IMG/VR virus record: IMGVR_UViG_3300028025_004323
Span: 1-59,583 of that record
Source of the DNA: a virus
Lineage: Duplodnaviria > Caudoviricetes
Reading direction: 5' to 3' (one strand)
DNA: 59,583 nucleotides
The notes below the pieces were generated by a model, which was not told the DNA's origin, ran no database searches, and saw only the letters and a list, made by a program, of their open reading frames with translations. Below, piece by piece: positions 40,401 through 49,696 of this stretch (position 1 is its first letter; every line of letters begins with the position of its first letter). Made by a program: the position numbers and the translations under genes.

Positions 40401-42033
40401 TAGTTTACATAACCATTGGGTTTACCAAAATGTTAGTGGTTCAAACTATTCTGGTGGTATGTTGATTGCTGGTCCAAGAAATACAGGTTCATTAGGTGAT
40501 GAGCCTAATTTAATTAACGGTAGAATTGTAAAATCTGTTGGTGGTGACCATATTGATAATTCAATAATATCAGAAACGGGTACCACAATAACAATTGCTG
40601 GTGATTTGGTTGCTAATTCGATTACTGGAGCGTTCGATTACTTTGGTTTAGTTAATAGACCAACATTAGTTTCTGGCTCATCACAAATTACATATTCAGG
40701 TTTAACAGGAATACCATCAGGTATTGTAAGTGGTAGTGAACAATTAACAGGTTCATACGATACGAGATACGTTCTTAGTGGAAGTATAACACAAACCACT
40801 TGGGATAACATCGCATCAAAACCAAGCGATATTGTTTCAAGTAGTAATCAAATAAGTGCATTTGGATTTTTAGAAACGGGTTCATTCAATACGTATACAT
40901 CAAGTAATGATGGTAGAGTTTCTTCATTAGAAAGTAAAACTGGAAGTTATGCAACAACAGGGAGCAATTCATTTATAGGTACTGAAAATGTAACAGGAAG
41001 TTTAATTGTTTCAAGTTCTTTAAATGTAATTGGTACTCAAAATGTTACAGGTAGTTTAATTGTTTCTAATTCTTTAAAAGTAATTGGAAATGAAAATATA
41101 AATGGTAATTTATCAGTTACAGGTAGTGTTGTTATATCAGGTTCATTGGATTTATCTAATGCAAATATTGATAATTCAAGATATCTTTACACACAAACAA
41201 CAGGTTCAACGACTTGGACAATAGTTCATAATTTAAATTATGAATATCCAAACGTAACAGTATATGATTCAGATAATAAAGTTATGTTACCTGCGGATGT
41301 TACATCCATAGATGCAAATACAACACAAGTTACATTTGCAACATCTGAAAGTGGACATGCTTTAATTTCAGTTGGTGGTATATCAACAAGTACTGCTGAT
41401 AGATTTTTATACACTGCGTCATCCGCAACAAGTTCATGGGTTATCGACCACAACATTGGTTACAAATATGTAACCGTTAATGTTTATGATGGTGCGGATG
41501 AACAATTGATACCACAAAAAATAACCGCTGTTTCTATTAACAGAACACAAATTGATTTTGCAGCACCAACAACAGGTAATGCAATTATAACAGTAGGTGG
41601 TCCTCGTTCAACATCATTGTTTGTACAAAGTGGTTCATTCTACAATGCAACAACTAACATTGGTATCACAGGTTCATTGGTTGTAACAGGTGATGTGGAT
41701 GCTAATAATTTCAACACAACATCTGATAAGAAATTAAAAACAAATCTCGTTAGAATTGAAAATGCACTAGATAAAATTGAAAAATTAAATGGTTACACAT
41801 TTGATTGGTTAGAAGAATATAGTGAAGATAGAACAAGACAAATCGGAATGGTTGCCGATGAGGTATATGAAGTACAACCAGAATTGATATCACATAGAAA
41901 TATTGTTTTATCAAACAAAGAAGAAAAAATAAAATTATTAGACTACTCTAAAGTGACTGCAATATTAATTGAAGCATTTAAAGAGTTGAATGATAAGGTT
42001 ACAAAATTAGAAAATAAAAAGAAGAAAAAATGA
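37456..42033 (+). CDS. Long tail fibre protein with a C-terminal peptidase S74 intramolecular chaperone
   Basis: 'IVKLRRS...LQLGELALNTSDGKVY' N-terminus; four 'W...HN....P.V.V.D' modules; S74 motif 'SDKKLKTNL...ALDKIEKLNGYTFDW...IGMVADEV..V.PEL...LDYSKVTAILIEAFKEL'. Confidence 0.82.
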   Translation: MSQIVKLRRSSVPGQKPTNSNLQLGELALNTSDGKVYMSKSGSLGPSVEELISTNTVNTGSVNISGSFNLEGNQSITGSLLIGTGSFHPNNPEILHVQNSGSINIAHFQANNESYVQINVKNTNSGTGSSGDIVVTADNGNEGIHYVDMGINSSTYNAGYVGYANDAYLINAGKDLYVGTLGGINHPSNVKLFAQNNWENPQIEISGSKQISFNTGSVSSGYTYEFSGSIKADHNLNVVGHVTANQFTGSALGLTNVPFHITGSDVEGNTYNKQFTKLQFDDSTGLNVSESVPGTAFISIGSHFKDIFVSGSPILSATGSDAFEIIPLGGIQVTTSITDTNANGYVKELTISAASLSSSLNNRIDIITGSLDGIINSFEIFSGSLNTFTSSVVLTSQTSSMNVLSASYALTAAFALNAGAGGTGGGAAIGSYNSLIVTSAASTWSFQHNTGQKYPIFQVFDNNGYVVIPSQIRAIDDDNAEIIFPSAQTGRVIASLGGGNGTTLPFTSSSLWTVNHNLNTDYPDVTIWDSNRNIIFPNRIESVNSNQVKIYFSQAISGHVSLSRGGHIVSGSGAIGLSDITWANLLNKPSGLVSGSSQLTGSYDTRYVLSGSITQTTWDNIANKPSGLISGSVQVELTGTTGYSTFSSSISSSIGSLSSSVATTTSGLTSTITTLSSSLSGSIDSLSSSVASINNTQNGRLDSLETASGSIRTDFNSFTSSYTTVSGSLDSRLDVLEAYSGSQLVPSSSMSFRTLETSVYCKNITGVQINKGTVVRIVGSVGDNPLIAPASLLTEGSSANTLGIATQNIPNDDFGMVITEGILIGVNTSGMTAGDLLYLGANGTFTTSPPAAPNHGVRLGEVLRVQQNQGSIYVRVDNGIELNEAHDVIYSSISHGDLLIRSGSVWKNSKSLEGNYVVTGSLTITQNLTVLGSSSITYVTSSQLQVATSTISVNVFEPAERFGGLKVYDSGSSSATASLLWDSLHNHWVYQNVSGSNYSGGMLIAGPRNTGSLGDEPNLINGRIVKSVGGDHIDNSIISETGTTITIAGDLVANSITGAFDYFGLVNRPTLVSGSSQITYSGLTGIPSGIVSGSEQLTGSYDTRYVLSGSITQTTWDNIASKPSDIVSSSNQISAFGFLETGSFNTYTSSNDGRVSSLESKTGSYATTGSNSFIGTENVTGSLIVSSSLNVIGTQNVTGSLIVSNSLKVIGNENINGNLSVTGSVVISGSLDLSNANIDNSRYLYTQTTGSTTWTIVHNLNYEYPNVTVYDSDNKVMLPADVTSIDANTTQVTFATSESGHALISVGGISTSTADRFLYTASSATSSWVIDHNIGYKYVTVNVYDGADEQLIPQKITAVSINRTQIDFAAPTTGNAIITVGGPRSTSLFVQSGSFYNATTNIGITGSLVVTGDVDANNFNTTSDKKLKTNLVRIENALDKIEKLNGYTFDWLEEYSEDRTRQIGMVADEVYEVQPELISHRNIVLSNKEEKIKLLDYSKVTAILIEAFKELNDKVTKLENKKKKK

Positions 42034-44699
42034 GAATAGACGGACCTCAAATTACAGGTAGTTTTAATTTAAATGGTGATGCTATTGCTGATTTAGATGC
42101 TTTAGTAACCACGTCGTCATTTAACATGATGACAGCGTCAATGGCAACAACAGGTAGTAACTTATTTAAAGGAACTCAGACAACATCTGGGTCAATAGTA
42201 CCATCAGTTAATAATACATACGACTTAGGTAGCCCAACACATCAATTTCGTCACGTCTATATCTCAACAGGTTCGTTATATATTGATGGAACAAAAGTAT
42301 TAGGTTCAACAAGTTCTGAATTACAAATCACAACAGATGTTGGACAATCATTTAAAGTATTAGAGACAGGTGCCGACACAATCACATTACAAAGTAATGA
42401 TGGAAATGTTACATTAACGTCAACAGGTGGTGGTGACATCGTTATGGACCCAAGTACTGGTGTTATTGGTTTAAAAGGAACTGTAACAATTTATACGGGA
42501 AATAAAATTACATCAAGTGATGGTAACGCAATTCAATTCGGTAATGGTATTGCCATTACTGGTAGTATTGTAGCAACAAGTACAAATTTAATTACAGGTA
42601 GTGGACAAATTAGTAGTTTAGGATTTGCAACAACAGGTTCAAATACATTCAATGGTAACTTAACTGTTACAGGATATATAGATGCTCAAGAATTAAGAAC
42701 AACGTATATTAGTAGTTCAATATTATATCGTTCAGGATCAACAAAGTTTGGTGACGAAAGTTCAGATACACATTCATTCACAGGTAGTTTATCTATAAGT
42801 GGAAGTTTAAGTGCACCGAATTCTAATTTGGTGTCAGGTTCATCACAAATAACATATAGTGGATTAAGTGGGGTACCAAGTGGTATTATTAGCGGTAGTG
42901 CTCAAGTTGATGTGATGTCAACAACAAACATCGCAAGACTTGCCACAACAGGGTCAAATGTATTTACCGGAGCATTAACTGGTACAAGTGCAACATTTAG
43001 CTCAAATTTAAAAGTAGGAGGGGCTAACGGTAATTTTTTAATAGATAGTTACACCACATCAAAAATAGGAATAAGGTCTTGGACTGATATTTCAGGTACA
43101 ACAAATAACTTTTTTGTACAAAATAGCGCAAATTATAATTATGGTATTGTGGGTGTGGTTTCTGCTTCGGGTACAGCAACAGGTGACGTTTATGGTTTAG
43201 GATACAGTCCTTCCGCGGGAACATCAATGACACCGGTGATTAATTGGACAAGTAATGGTAAAGTAGGTATAGGAAATACAGACCCATTAAGTCCTTTACA
43301 CATAGGAGGGGCGTTAGCGTCAAGTGGAGATGCTGCAGCAATAACGTTAAAACAAACGGGAACAAATGAAACAACAGGCATTTATTTAGAAAGAAGTGGT
43401 GAAAGAAAAGGATATGCCATTTATGTTGGAGGTAGTCTTGATAGTTTAGTTTTTCAAAGAAATAATGCAGGAACAAAGTCAGATGTATTGACTTTAACAA
43501 GAGACGGAAATGTTGGAATTAACCAATCAGACCCAACAGGTTTAGGTGGACCATCACTTGTTGTAGCTGGAAGTGGATATCCCGAAGTTATAGTTGAAAA
43601 AACAGGAGCAAATGCACGAAAGTGGGGATTTACTGTGGGGAGTGACGGAAGTTATTTGCTTAGAGATTACACTTCGGGAGCGAATGTTTTTACAGTTAAT
43701 ACCTCGGGCGTGGGTAATTTTAATAGTGCTATAACAGTTGGTGGAAACACTGTATGGACATCGGCGAATGATGGTTCCGGTTCTGGATTAGATGCGGATT
43801 TATTAGACGGAAGAGATAGTAGTGGTTATATGACACAATCTCAAGGGGGTATAGAATTTCAACAAGGTTCTTATACAGGTTGGTATAAATTGGCAAGAAG
43901 TTCACAAGCTGTTAGTGGTGCGGGTTTAAGAGGTAGTTTTAAAATTATTGTGGCGGCAACAGGTAACTATCTTACACCATCACAAGATGAAATTACAGGT
44001 TTTAAAGATTGGACTACTAATGCAACTATTAGTAGTATTGCTAGTAGTGCGGATTCAATATTTCAAAATTATAGAATAACTTATGACGCCGATTATTCAT
44101 ATTTAGAAGGATATGTTAGTTATTATTTTGGTGGTGGTCAAAGTATAGTTATTAATTCTTATGTTAATGGTTTAAATGGTTTGACTTGGAGTCCATACAC
44201 AGGAACAGTACAGGCAAGTTCTACATCAAATGGTGCGGTGAGTATTGGTAAAGTTAATAATGGATTTACGGTTCCATATCTTAGAAGTGCTGGAGGAGTT
44301 AAATTTGGTTCTGGTTCAAGTACATTAAACTATTATGAAGAAGGAACATTTACCCCAAGTAATTTAAACTCAAATATGAGTTCAGTAACCCCGACTTGGG
44401 GTAGATATGTTAGGGTAGGTAATCAAGTAACAATAAATGTTAGATGGACCGTAGAACCAGGAGGTACTGGACAAAAATATATTGTATTCAATTTACCTTT
44501 TGCATTTAATAACACAAGTAATATTTCTTATACGGGTGCAGTTTCTAACTACAATAGTGGATTATCATCAAATTCATCAAACGTGGGTACATCAGTTAGA
44601 AATTCAAGTAGTAGTGATACTCAGCAATATGTTGAGGCGGTATTCACAACAAATGCGTCAACTACAATGCTTTTTTCAATGACATATTTTACATTCTAA
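42030..44699 (+). CDS. Tail fibre protein
   Basis: Shared SGS/TGS modules, 'GKVGIGNTDP', 'NDGSGSGLDADLLDG' and a 'YYEEGTFTP...GRYVRVGNQVT' C-terminal fibre tip domain. Confidence 0.78.
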   Translation: MRIDGPQITGSFNLNGDAIADLDALVTTSSFNMMTASMATTGSNLFKGTQTTSGSIVPSVNNTYDLGSPTHQFRHVYISTGSLYIDGTKVLGSTSSELQITTDVGQSFKVLETGADTITLQSNDGNVTLTSTGGGDIVMDPSTGVIGLKGTVTIYTGNKITSSDGNAIQFGNGIAITGSIVATSTNLITGSGQISSLGFATTGSNTFNGNLTVTGYIDAQELRTTYISSSILYRSGSTKFGDESSDTHSFTGSLSISGSLSAPNSNLVSGSSQITYSGLSGVPSGIISGSAQVDVMSTTNIARLATTGSNVFTGALTGTSATFSSNLKVGGANGNFLIDSYTTSKIGIRSWTDISGTTNNFFVQNSANYNYGIVGVVSASGTATGDVYGLGYSPSAGTSMTPVINWTSNGKVGIGNTDPLSPLHIGGALASSGDAAAITLKQTGTNETTGIYLERSGERKGYAIYVGGSLDSLVFQRNNAGTKSDVLTLTRDGNVGINQSDPTGLGGPSLVVAGSGYPEVIVEKTGANARKWGFTVGSDGSYLLRDYTSGANVFTVNTSGVGNFNSAITVGGNTVWTSANDGSGSGLDADLLDGRDSSGYMTQSQGGIEFQQGSYTGWYKLARSSQAVSGAGLRGSFKIIVAATGNYLTPSQDEITGFKDWTTNATISSIASSADSIFQNYRITYDADYSYLEGYVSYYFGGGQSIVINSYVNGLNGLTWSPYTGTVQASSTSNGAVSIGKVNNGFTVPYLRSAGGVKFGSGSSTLNYYEEGTFTPSNLNSNMSSVTPTWGRYVRVGNQVTINVRWTVEPGGTGQKYIVFNLPFAFNNTSNISYTGAVSNYNSGLSSNSSNVGTSVRNSSSSDTQQYVEAVFTTNASTTMLFSMTYFTF

Positions 44700-44727
44700 T
44701 AAATAAAAAAATAAAAATTAATACAAA

Positions 44728-44985
44728 ATGGCTTTAACTGAAACAACAAAAGTAGACCAAATAGAAGTAGTGGGAGATTACACCATCCAAGTTCGTACAG
44801 CAACTATAATTGAAAAAGATGGGGTAGAAATTTCAAAATCTTTTCATAGACACATAGTATCTGCGGGAGATGATGTGACAAATGAAGACCCTAAGGTTCA
44901 AGCAATAGCTAATGCAATTTGGACAGAGGAATTAATTTCACAATATCAACAATCATTAAGTGATAGTGTAAGTAATCAACAATAA
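44728..44985 (+). CDS. Small fibre-associated protein (assembly chaperone-like)
   Basis: 'IQVRTATIIEKDGVEISKSFHRH...VQAIANAIWT', a pattern typically found right after 'YEEGTFTP'-type fibre genes. Confidence 0.6.
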   Translation: MALTETTKVDQIEVVGDYTIQVRTATIIEKDGVEISKSFHRHIVSAGDDVTNEDPKVQAIANAIWTEELISQYQQSLSDSVSNQQ

Positions 44986-45000
44986 AACTATTTATAATCA

Positions 45001-46215
45001 ATGGCAAACGGAGCATTTAAATTTAAAGATAATTCAGGTAATGTAGTATCATTTATCTCAGGAAGTGGTTCAAATATATCATTTTCAGGAGGTACACTCG
45101 ACCTATCAGGAATGACAGGATTAACATTGGGTAACCTAACTCTAAGTGGTACAACACAGAACGCAATATCAGCTTCACATGCTGCAAGTTATCTATTAAC
45201 ATCTTCGTTTAATACATATACGGGTACAACAAATACACTTATTGGTACTCTACAAACAAGTACGAGTTCGTTAAATAGTTTTACATCATCAACAAACACT
45301 AGATTAAATTCCATTGAGGGTGTGAGTGGTAGTTATGCAACAACTGGTTCAAATCAATTTAAAAATGACCAAGTTATAACTGGTTCATTAACTGTTACAG
45401 GATTTATTGAAACTCAAGAATTAAGAACAACTTATATTTCTTCATCTATATTATATAGAAGCGGAAGCACAAAATTCGGAGATGAGTTAAGTGATACACA
45501 TGCATTTACTGGTAGTTTATTGGTAAGTGGATCAATTAGCGTTCCTGGTTCTAATTTAATATCAGGTAGTGCACAAGTTGATGTTATGTCAACAACAAAC
45601 ATCGCAAGACTTGCCACCACAGGATCGAATACATTTGTAGGTAATCAAATTGTTAGTGGTAGTTTTAGGGTAAGTGGGTCAATAGAATCATCTTTTGATA
45701 ATTTAGGAACAGAAGGTGGACAATTAATTTTAAGAGGACCAGTTAATAGATATAACGTAGATAACTGGAGTGGAAATGCGTTAAGAATTTTCAGAGAAGA
45801 TGATGCCACTGCAGCTAATGGTAATGTTATAATTTTTGCAAGCGGTAGCGGTCAAGTTGGCATCAATAAAAACTCAACAAACGCAACATTAGATGTTAAT
45901 GGTAATGCATTAGTTAGTGGTAGTTTAACAACAACAGGTAATGTTAATGTAAACTCAGACGGTATTGTAATTAATAGAAGCACATCCGGAGAACCTTATT
46001 TATTTTTTAGAAAAGATGGTATCAATAGAGGGTCAATATATGGTGCCGATAACACATCTGGATTTAGATTTTTTGTTGGGGACTCAAATTTAACATTAAC
46101 GTTAACATCTGGTTCCGCAACAATAACCGGTAACTTAACAACAACAGGAACAATAAACGGATTATCATTACCAAATGATTTATTCGCTCAACAATTTTTA
46201 TTAATGGGATCATAA
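45001..46215 (+). CDS. Short fibre/shaft protein
   Basis: Shares 'TQELRTTYISSSILYRSGSTKFGDE' and 'QVDVMSTTNIARLATTGSN' with neighbouring fibres; TATTTATA at 44989. Confidence 0.72.
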   Translation: MANGAFKFKDNSGNVVSFISGSGSNISFSGGTLDLSGMTGLTLGNLTLSGTTQNAISASHAASYLLTSSFNTYTGTTNTLIGTLQTSTSSLNSFTSSTNTRLNSIEGVSGSYATTGSNQFKNDQVITGSLTVTGFIETQELRTTYISSSILYRSGSTKFGDELSDTHAFTGSLLVSGSISVPGSNLISGSAQVDVMSTTNIARLATTGSNTFVGNQIVSGSFRVSGSIESSFDNLGTEGGQLILRGPVNRYNVDNWSGNALRIFREDDATAANGNVIIFASGSGQVGINKNSTNATLDVNGNALVSGSLTTTGNVNVNSDGIVINRSTSGEPYLFFRKDGINRGSIYGADNTSGFRFFVGDSNLTLTLTSGSATITGNLTTTGTINGLSLPNDLFAQQFLLMGS

Positions 46216-46227
46216 AAAATTTAAAAT

Positions 46228-46557
46228 ATGCCAGCAACTTATAAAGTATTAGGTCAATCAGCACCTTCAGCAACAACAGCAACAACACTATATACAGTAC
46301 CATCAAGTACTTCAAGTATAGTGTCAACATTAACGGTATGTAATAGAGATAGTTCATCGGGAACTTTTAGAATTGCAGTTAGACCATCAGGTGCGTCACT
46401 TGCAAATCAACACTATATTGTGTATGATTCAACAATTGCTGCAAATGATACTGTAACATTTACATTAGGAATAACTTTAGCAACAACAGATGTGATTACC
46501 ATATATGCAAGTTCTGCAAATATGAGTTTTAATGCATTTGGTTCAGAATTAACATAA
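46228..46557 (+). CDS. Small beta-rich virion protein
   Basis: 109 aa 'MPATYKVLGQSAP...LYTVP...FNAFGSE'. Confidence 0.65.
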   Translation: MPATYKVLGQSAPSATTATTLYTVPSSTSSIVSTLTVCNRDSSSGTFRIAVRPSGASLANQHYIVYDSTIAANDTVTFTLGITLATTDVITIYASSANMSFNAFGSELT

Positions 46558-46560
46558 TAT

Positions 46561-49068
46561 ATGGGAATAAAATCAATAAAACAACAAGGACTAATTGGTT
46601 TTGATGCTACAGTATTAAAATCCCAAGGTCTTAAGGCAATTGGTGGTACCGTAACCGAATTGGGAAACTATAGAATACACACATTTACAAGTAGTGGACA
46701 GTTTACCATTTTAGACCAAAATTTAAATGTTGAGTATCTAATCGTTGGTGGTGGAGGTAGTGGTGGTAACTGTCAAGGTAATAGTGGTACACCTGCCGGC
46801 GGAGGAGGTGCTGGTGGAGTTTTAATTGGTTCAACAATATTAAATAGACAACCTTACACCATATCTATAGGTGCTGGTGGTACGTCACAAACAACAACTG
46901 GATTGGCGGGAATTAATGGTTCAGATACCACTGCACTTGGATTAACAGCATATGGTGGAGGTGGAGGTGGTGGAGATGACGTAAATTCACCATTCGGTAC
47001 CGATGTTCCTGCGAGAAGAAGAGGTAAATCGGGTGGTTCAGGTGGTGGAGGAAGTAATCAGGACCCACCCCCGGCAGAACCTATTTTTGGACAAGGAAAT
47101 TACGGAGGTTCAAGTGAATATTGTGCAGGTGGTGGAGGTGCTGGTGAAAGAGGAAATGGGGCATTTTATAATACGTCAGGTGGAACGGGAGGTAATGGTA
47201 TAACATGTTCAATTAATGGAACAACAACAACATACGGTGGTGGCGGTGGTGCTGGAGGTTCGGTATCACAAGGTTCAACAGGAGGTCCTGGTGGAACAGG
47301 TGGTGGAGGTGCTGGTGCTTCAAGAATTGGTTCTGGTGTGGTGTCAAATGCCACTAACGGAAGTACAAACACCGGAGGAGGTGGTGGTGGAGGTGCTGCG
47401 AATGGTGGTACCACATCTAATTCAGGTGCTGGAGGTTCGGGTATTGTTATTATCAGATATCTTAAAGATAAAGATAAGTCAACAACATTTACAACAACAA
47501 AACCAATAATAAATGATTTGGTTTTAAATCTTGACGCAACAAATCACACAAGTTTTCCAGGAACATTACAAGTTGAATATGTGGTAGTCGCCGGAGGTGG
47601 TGGTGGAGGTGTAGATAGAGGTGGTGGCGGTGGTGCTGGTGGATATCGTTCATCTGTTAAAGGTGAAAATTCAGGGACGGCAACACAGGCAGAACAAACT
47701 CTAATTTTACAACCAGGAACATCATATACAGTTACAATTGGTGCGGGAGGTTCAGGTGCCGTAGGCGGAAATGGGATTCCAACAATCGGTAGTAATAGTG
47801 TTTTCGGATCAATTACTTCACACGGCGGAGGTCGGGGTTCAACATATCCAACAGATTTAAATAATTTTTATAGAATCCCATCTGCAGGTGGTTCAGGGGG
47901 AGGTGGATTTCATAGTAACACATCACCAAGTGATATAGGCGGAAAAGGATTTCCCGGTCAAGGTGGTAATGGTGGAACAAGACCCGATAATAGTAGGTCA
48001 GGAGGTGGTGGAGGCGCATCAGGTGATGCCACCAATCAAGACGGATCTGCTGGTTTAACAACAAATATATCAGGAACTCCAGCAACATATGGTGGTGGAG
48101 GTGGAGGTGCTGCAACTAGCACAAATACACCAGGAACCGGTGGTGCTGGTGGTGGTGGAAATGGTAAAAATGGTGATAATAATAGTGCGGGAGATAATGC
48201 GACCGCAAACACTGGTGGCGGTGGTGGAGGAGGAACCGGCGGTGGTGGAGGCGGTGGTGGTAACGGTGGTTCTGGAATCGTTATTATAAGATATCCAGGA
48301 ATACAAAGAGCGTTGGGCGGTACTGTAACAAGTTCTAATGGTTATACTATTCACACATTCACATCTTCAGGAAGTTTTACAACATACAAAGATTGGGATA
48401 ATAATAGAAACTACGTTTGGAATGATTTAAGTACGTACAAAAATCACGGTGTATTAATTGCAACGGGAACAACATTTGATGCGACAGATGGTGGAGTAAT
48501 AAAATTTGATGGAGTTAAAACACAAATACTTAACATACCAGTCACACATAGTCATCTAAGTAGTAGTGCGATTGAAGTTATATTCAAACCAACAACAAAT
48601 AACACAAGAATGAGTTTGGGTGGTTATAGACACAACGGTGGATACAGTAATGGTACAATTGGTTGGTTATATATTCGTGAGAACAATGAAATATGGGCTT
48701 CTGTAATTACCGCGGCTCAAGTTTATGTTATTGCGTCCACAACCACAACAATTAGTTTAAATCAATATCATCATGTTGTGTTTAACAAAAACACATCAAC
48801 AGGACTTATGGAGATATATTTAAATGGTACATTATCCGCAACTGCAAACTTTGATGTGGCAACATATGCACAATGGACATCTGCCGGTTCTTATATAGGG
48901 TCCAACATAATTGACATTGGAAAAAGTTTCAATACAAACTCAGGACAAAACTGGAATTTAGATTTCTTTAAAGGTGATATGCCTTTATTCAAATTATATA
49001 GTAGAGTTATGAGTGCTACTGAAGTTTTACAAAACTATAATTCATATAAAAATAAGTACGGATTTTAA
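46561..49068 (+). CDS. Glycine-rich adhesin-like protein with two Gly-rich domains and a C-terminal concanavalin A/LamG-like lectin domain
   Basis: Two 'HTFTSSG.F...VEY.VVGGGG.GG...NTGGGGGG...GGSGIVIIRY' units and a LamG-like 'YHHVVF...IYLNG...FKGDM..FKLYSRVMSATEVLQNY'. Confidence 0.8.
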   Translation: MGIKSIKQQGLIGFDATVLKSQGLKAIGGTVTELGNYRIHTFTSSGQFTILDQNLNVEYLIVGGGGSGGNCQGNSGTPAGGGGAGGVLIGSTILNRQPYTISIGAGGTSQTTTGLAGINGSDTTALGLTAYGGGGGGGDDVNSPFGTDVPARRRGKSGGSGGGGSNQDPPPAEPIFGQGNYGGSSEYCAGGGGAGERGNGAFYNTSGGTGGNGITCSINGTTTTYGGGGGAGGSVSQGSTGGPGGTGGGGAGASRIGSGVVSNATNGSTNTGGGGGGGAANGGTTSNSGAGGSGIVIIRYLKDKDKSTTFTTTKPIINDLVLNLDATNHTSFPGTLQVEYVVVAGGGGGGVDRGGGGGAGGYRSSVKGENSGTATQAEQTLILQPGTSYTVTIGAGGSGAVGGNGIPTIGSNSVFGSITSHGGGRGSTYPTDLNNFYRIPSAGGSGGGGFHSNTSPSDIGGKGFPGQGGNGGTRPDNSRSGGGGGASGDATNQDGSAGLTTNISGTPATYGGGGGGAATSTNTPGTGGAGGGGNGKNGDNNSAGDNATANTGGGGGGGTGGGGGGGGNGGSGIVIIRYPGIQRALGGTVTSSNGYTIHTFTSSGSFTTYKDWDNNRNYVWNDLSTYKNHGVLIATGTTFDATDGGVIKFDGVKTQILNIPVTHSHLSSSAIEVIFKPTTNNTRMSLGGYRHNGGYSNGTIGWLYIRENNEIWASVITAAQVYVIASTTTTISLNQYHHVVFNKNTSTGLMEIYLNGTLSATANFDVATYAQWTSAGSYIGSNIIDIGKSFNTNSGQNWNLDFFKGDMPLFKLYSRVMSATEVLQNYNSYKNKYGF

Positions 49069-49079
49069 TAATTAAACAT

Positions 49080-49448
49080 ATGGCACATTTTGCAAGAATT
49101 AATGAAAATAATATAGTTGATGAAATCATTGTAATTAGCAATGAGGATTGTCAAAATTTAGATTTTCCTGAAAGTGAATCTATAGGACAATCATTTATTA
49201 CATCAATTGGACTAAATGGTAATTGGAAACAAACATCATATAATGCTAATTTTAGAAAAAAATATGCGGGTATTGGTGACACATTCGATGAAACAAGAAA
49301 TGCGTTTATCACATCAAAACCATTCACTTCTTGGGTATTAAATGATGAAACGTGTATTTGGGAGGCCCCGACACCAAAACCAGAAGATGATAAAATATAC
49401 AGATGGAATGAAGAAACTCTATCTTGGGTTGAATATGTTGAAGAGTAA
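49080..49448 (+). CDS. Small phage protein accompanying Gly-rich adhesins
   Basis: 'MAHFA...WKQTSYNANFRKKYAGIG...W.AP.P.P...Y.WNE'. Confidence 0.65.
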   Translation: MAHFARINENNIVDEIIVISNEDCQNLDFPESESIGQSFITSIGLNGNWKQTSYNANFRKKYAGIGDTFDETRNAFITSKPFTSWVLNDETCIWEAPTPKPEDDKIYRWNEETLSWVEYVEE

Positions 49449-49462
49449 AACTATTTATTAAT

Positions 49463-49669
49463 ATGGCATATAGAATACAAAAACAATTCGTACCAGTAGA
49501 TACCAATAATGGTGATCCAGATTGGGCAAAAAGACAAATATGGGTGGCAAAATTAAACGCAGAAGATACTGTGGATGATTTCGACACCTTAGAAGAAGCC
49601 GAAACCAAAAAGGTTGAATTAGAAACTGCTGATCCATCTGGTAGAGTTTACAGAATTGTTGAGATCTAA
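49463..49669 (+). CDS. Small hypothetical protein
   Basis: 68 aa; TATTTATT at 49452. Confidence 0.6.
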   Translation: MAYRIQKQFVPVDTNNGDPDWAKRQIWVAKLNAEDTVDDFDTLEEAETKKVELETADPSGRVYRIVEI

Positions 49670-49696
49670 TCAATCAATTGGACTATTTATTTACAT

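Noticed and set aside
46561-49068. Collagen-like or PE-PGRS protein
   Set aside because: The glycines occur as polyglycine runs in bounded domains (HTFT...GSGIVIIRY), not as Gly-X-Y triplets, and there is no PE domain.
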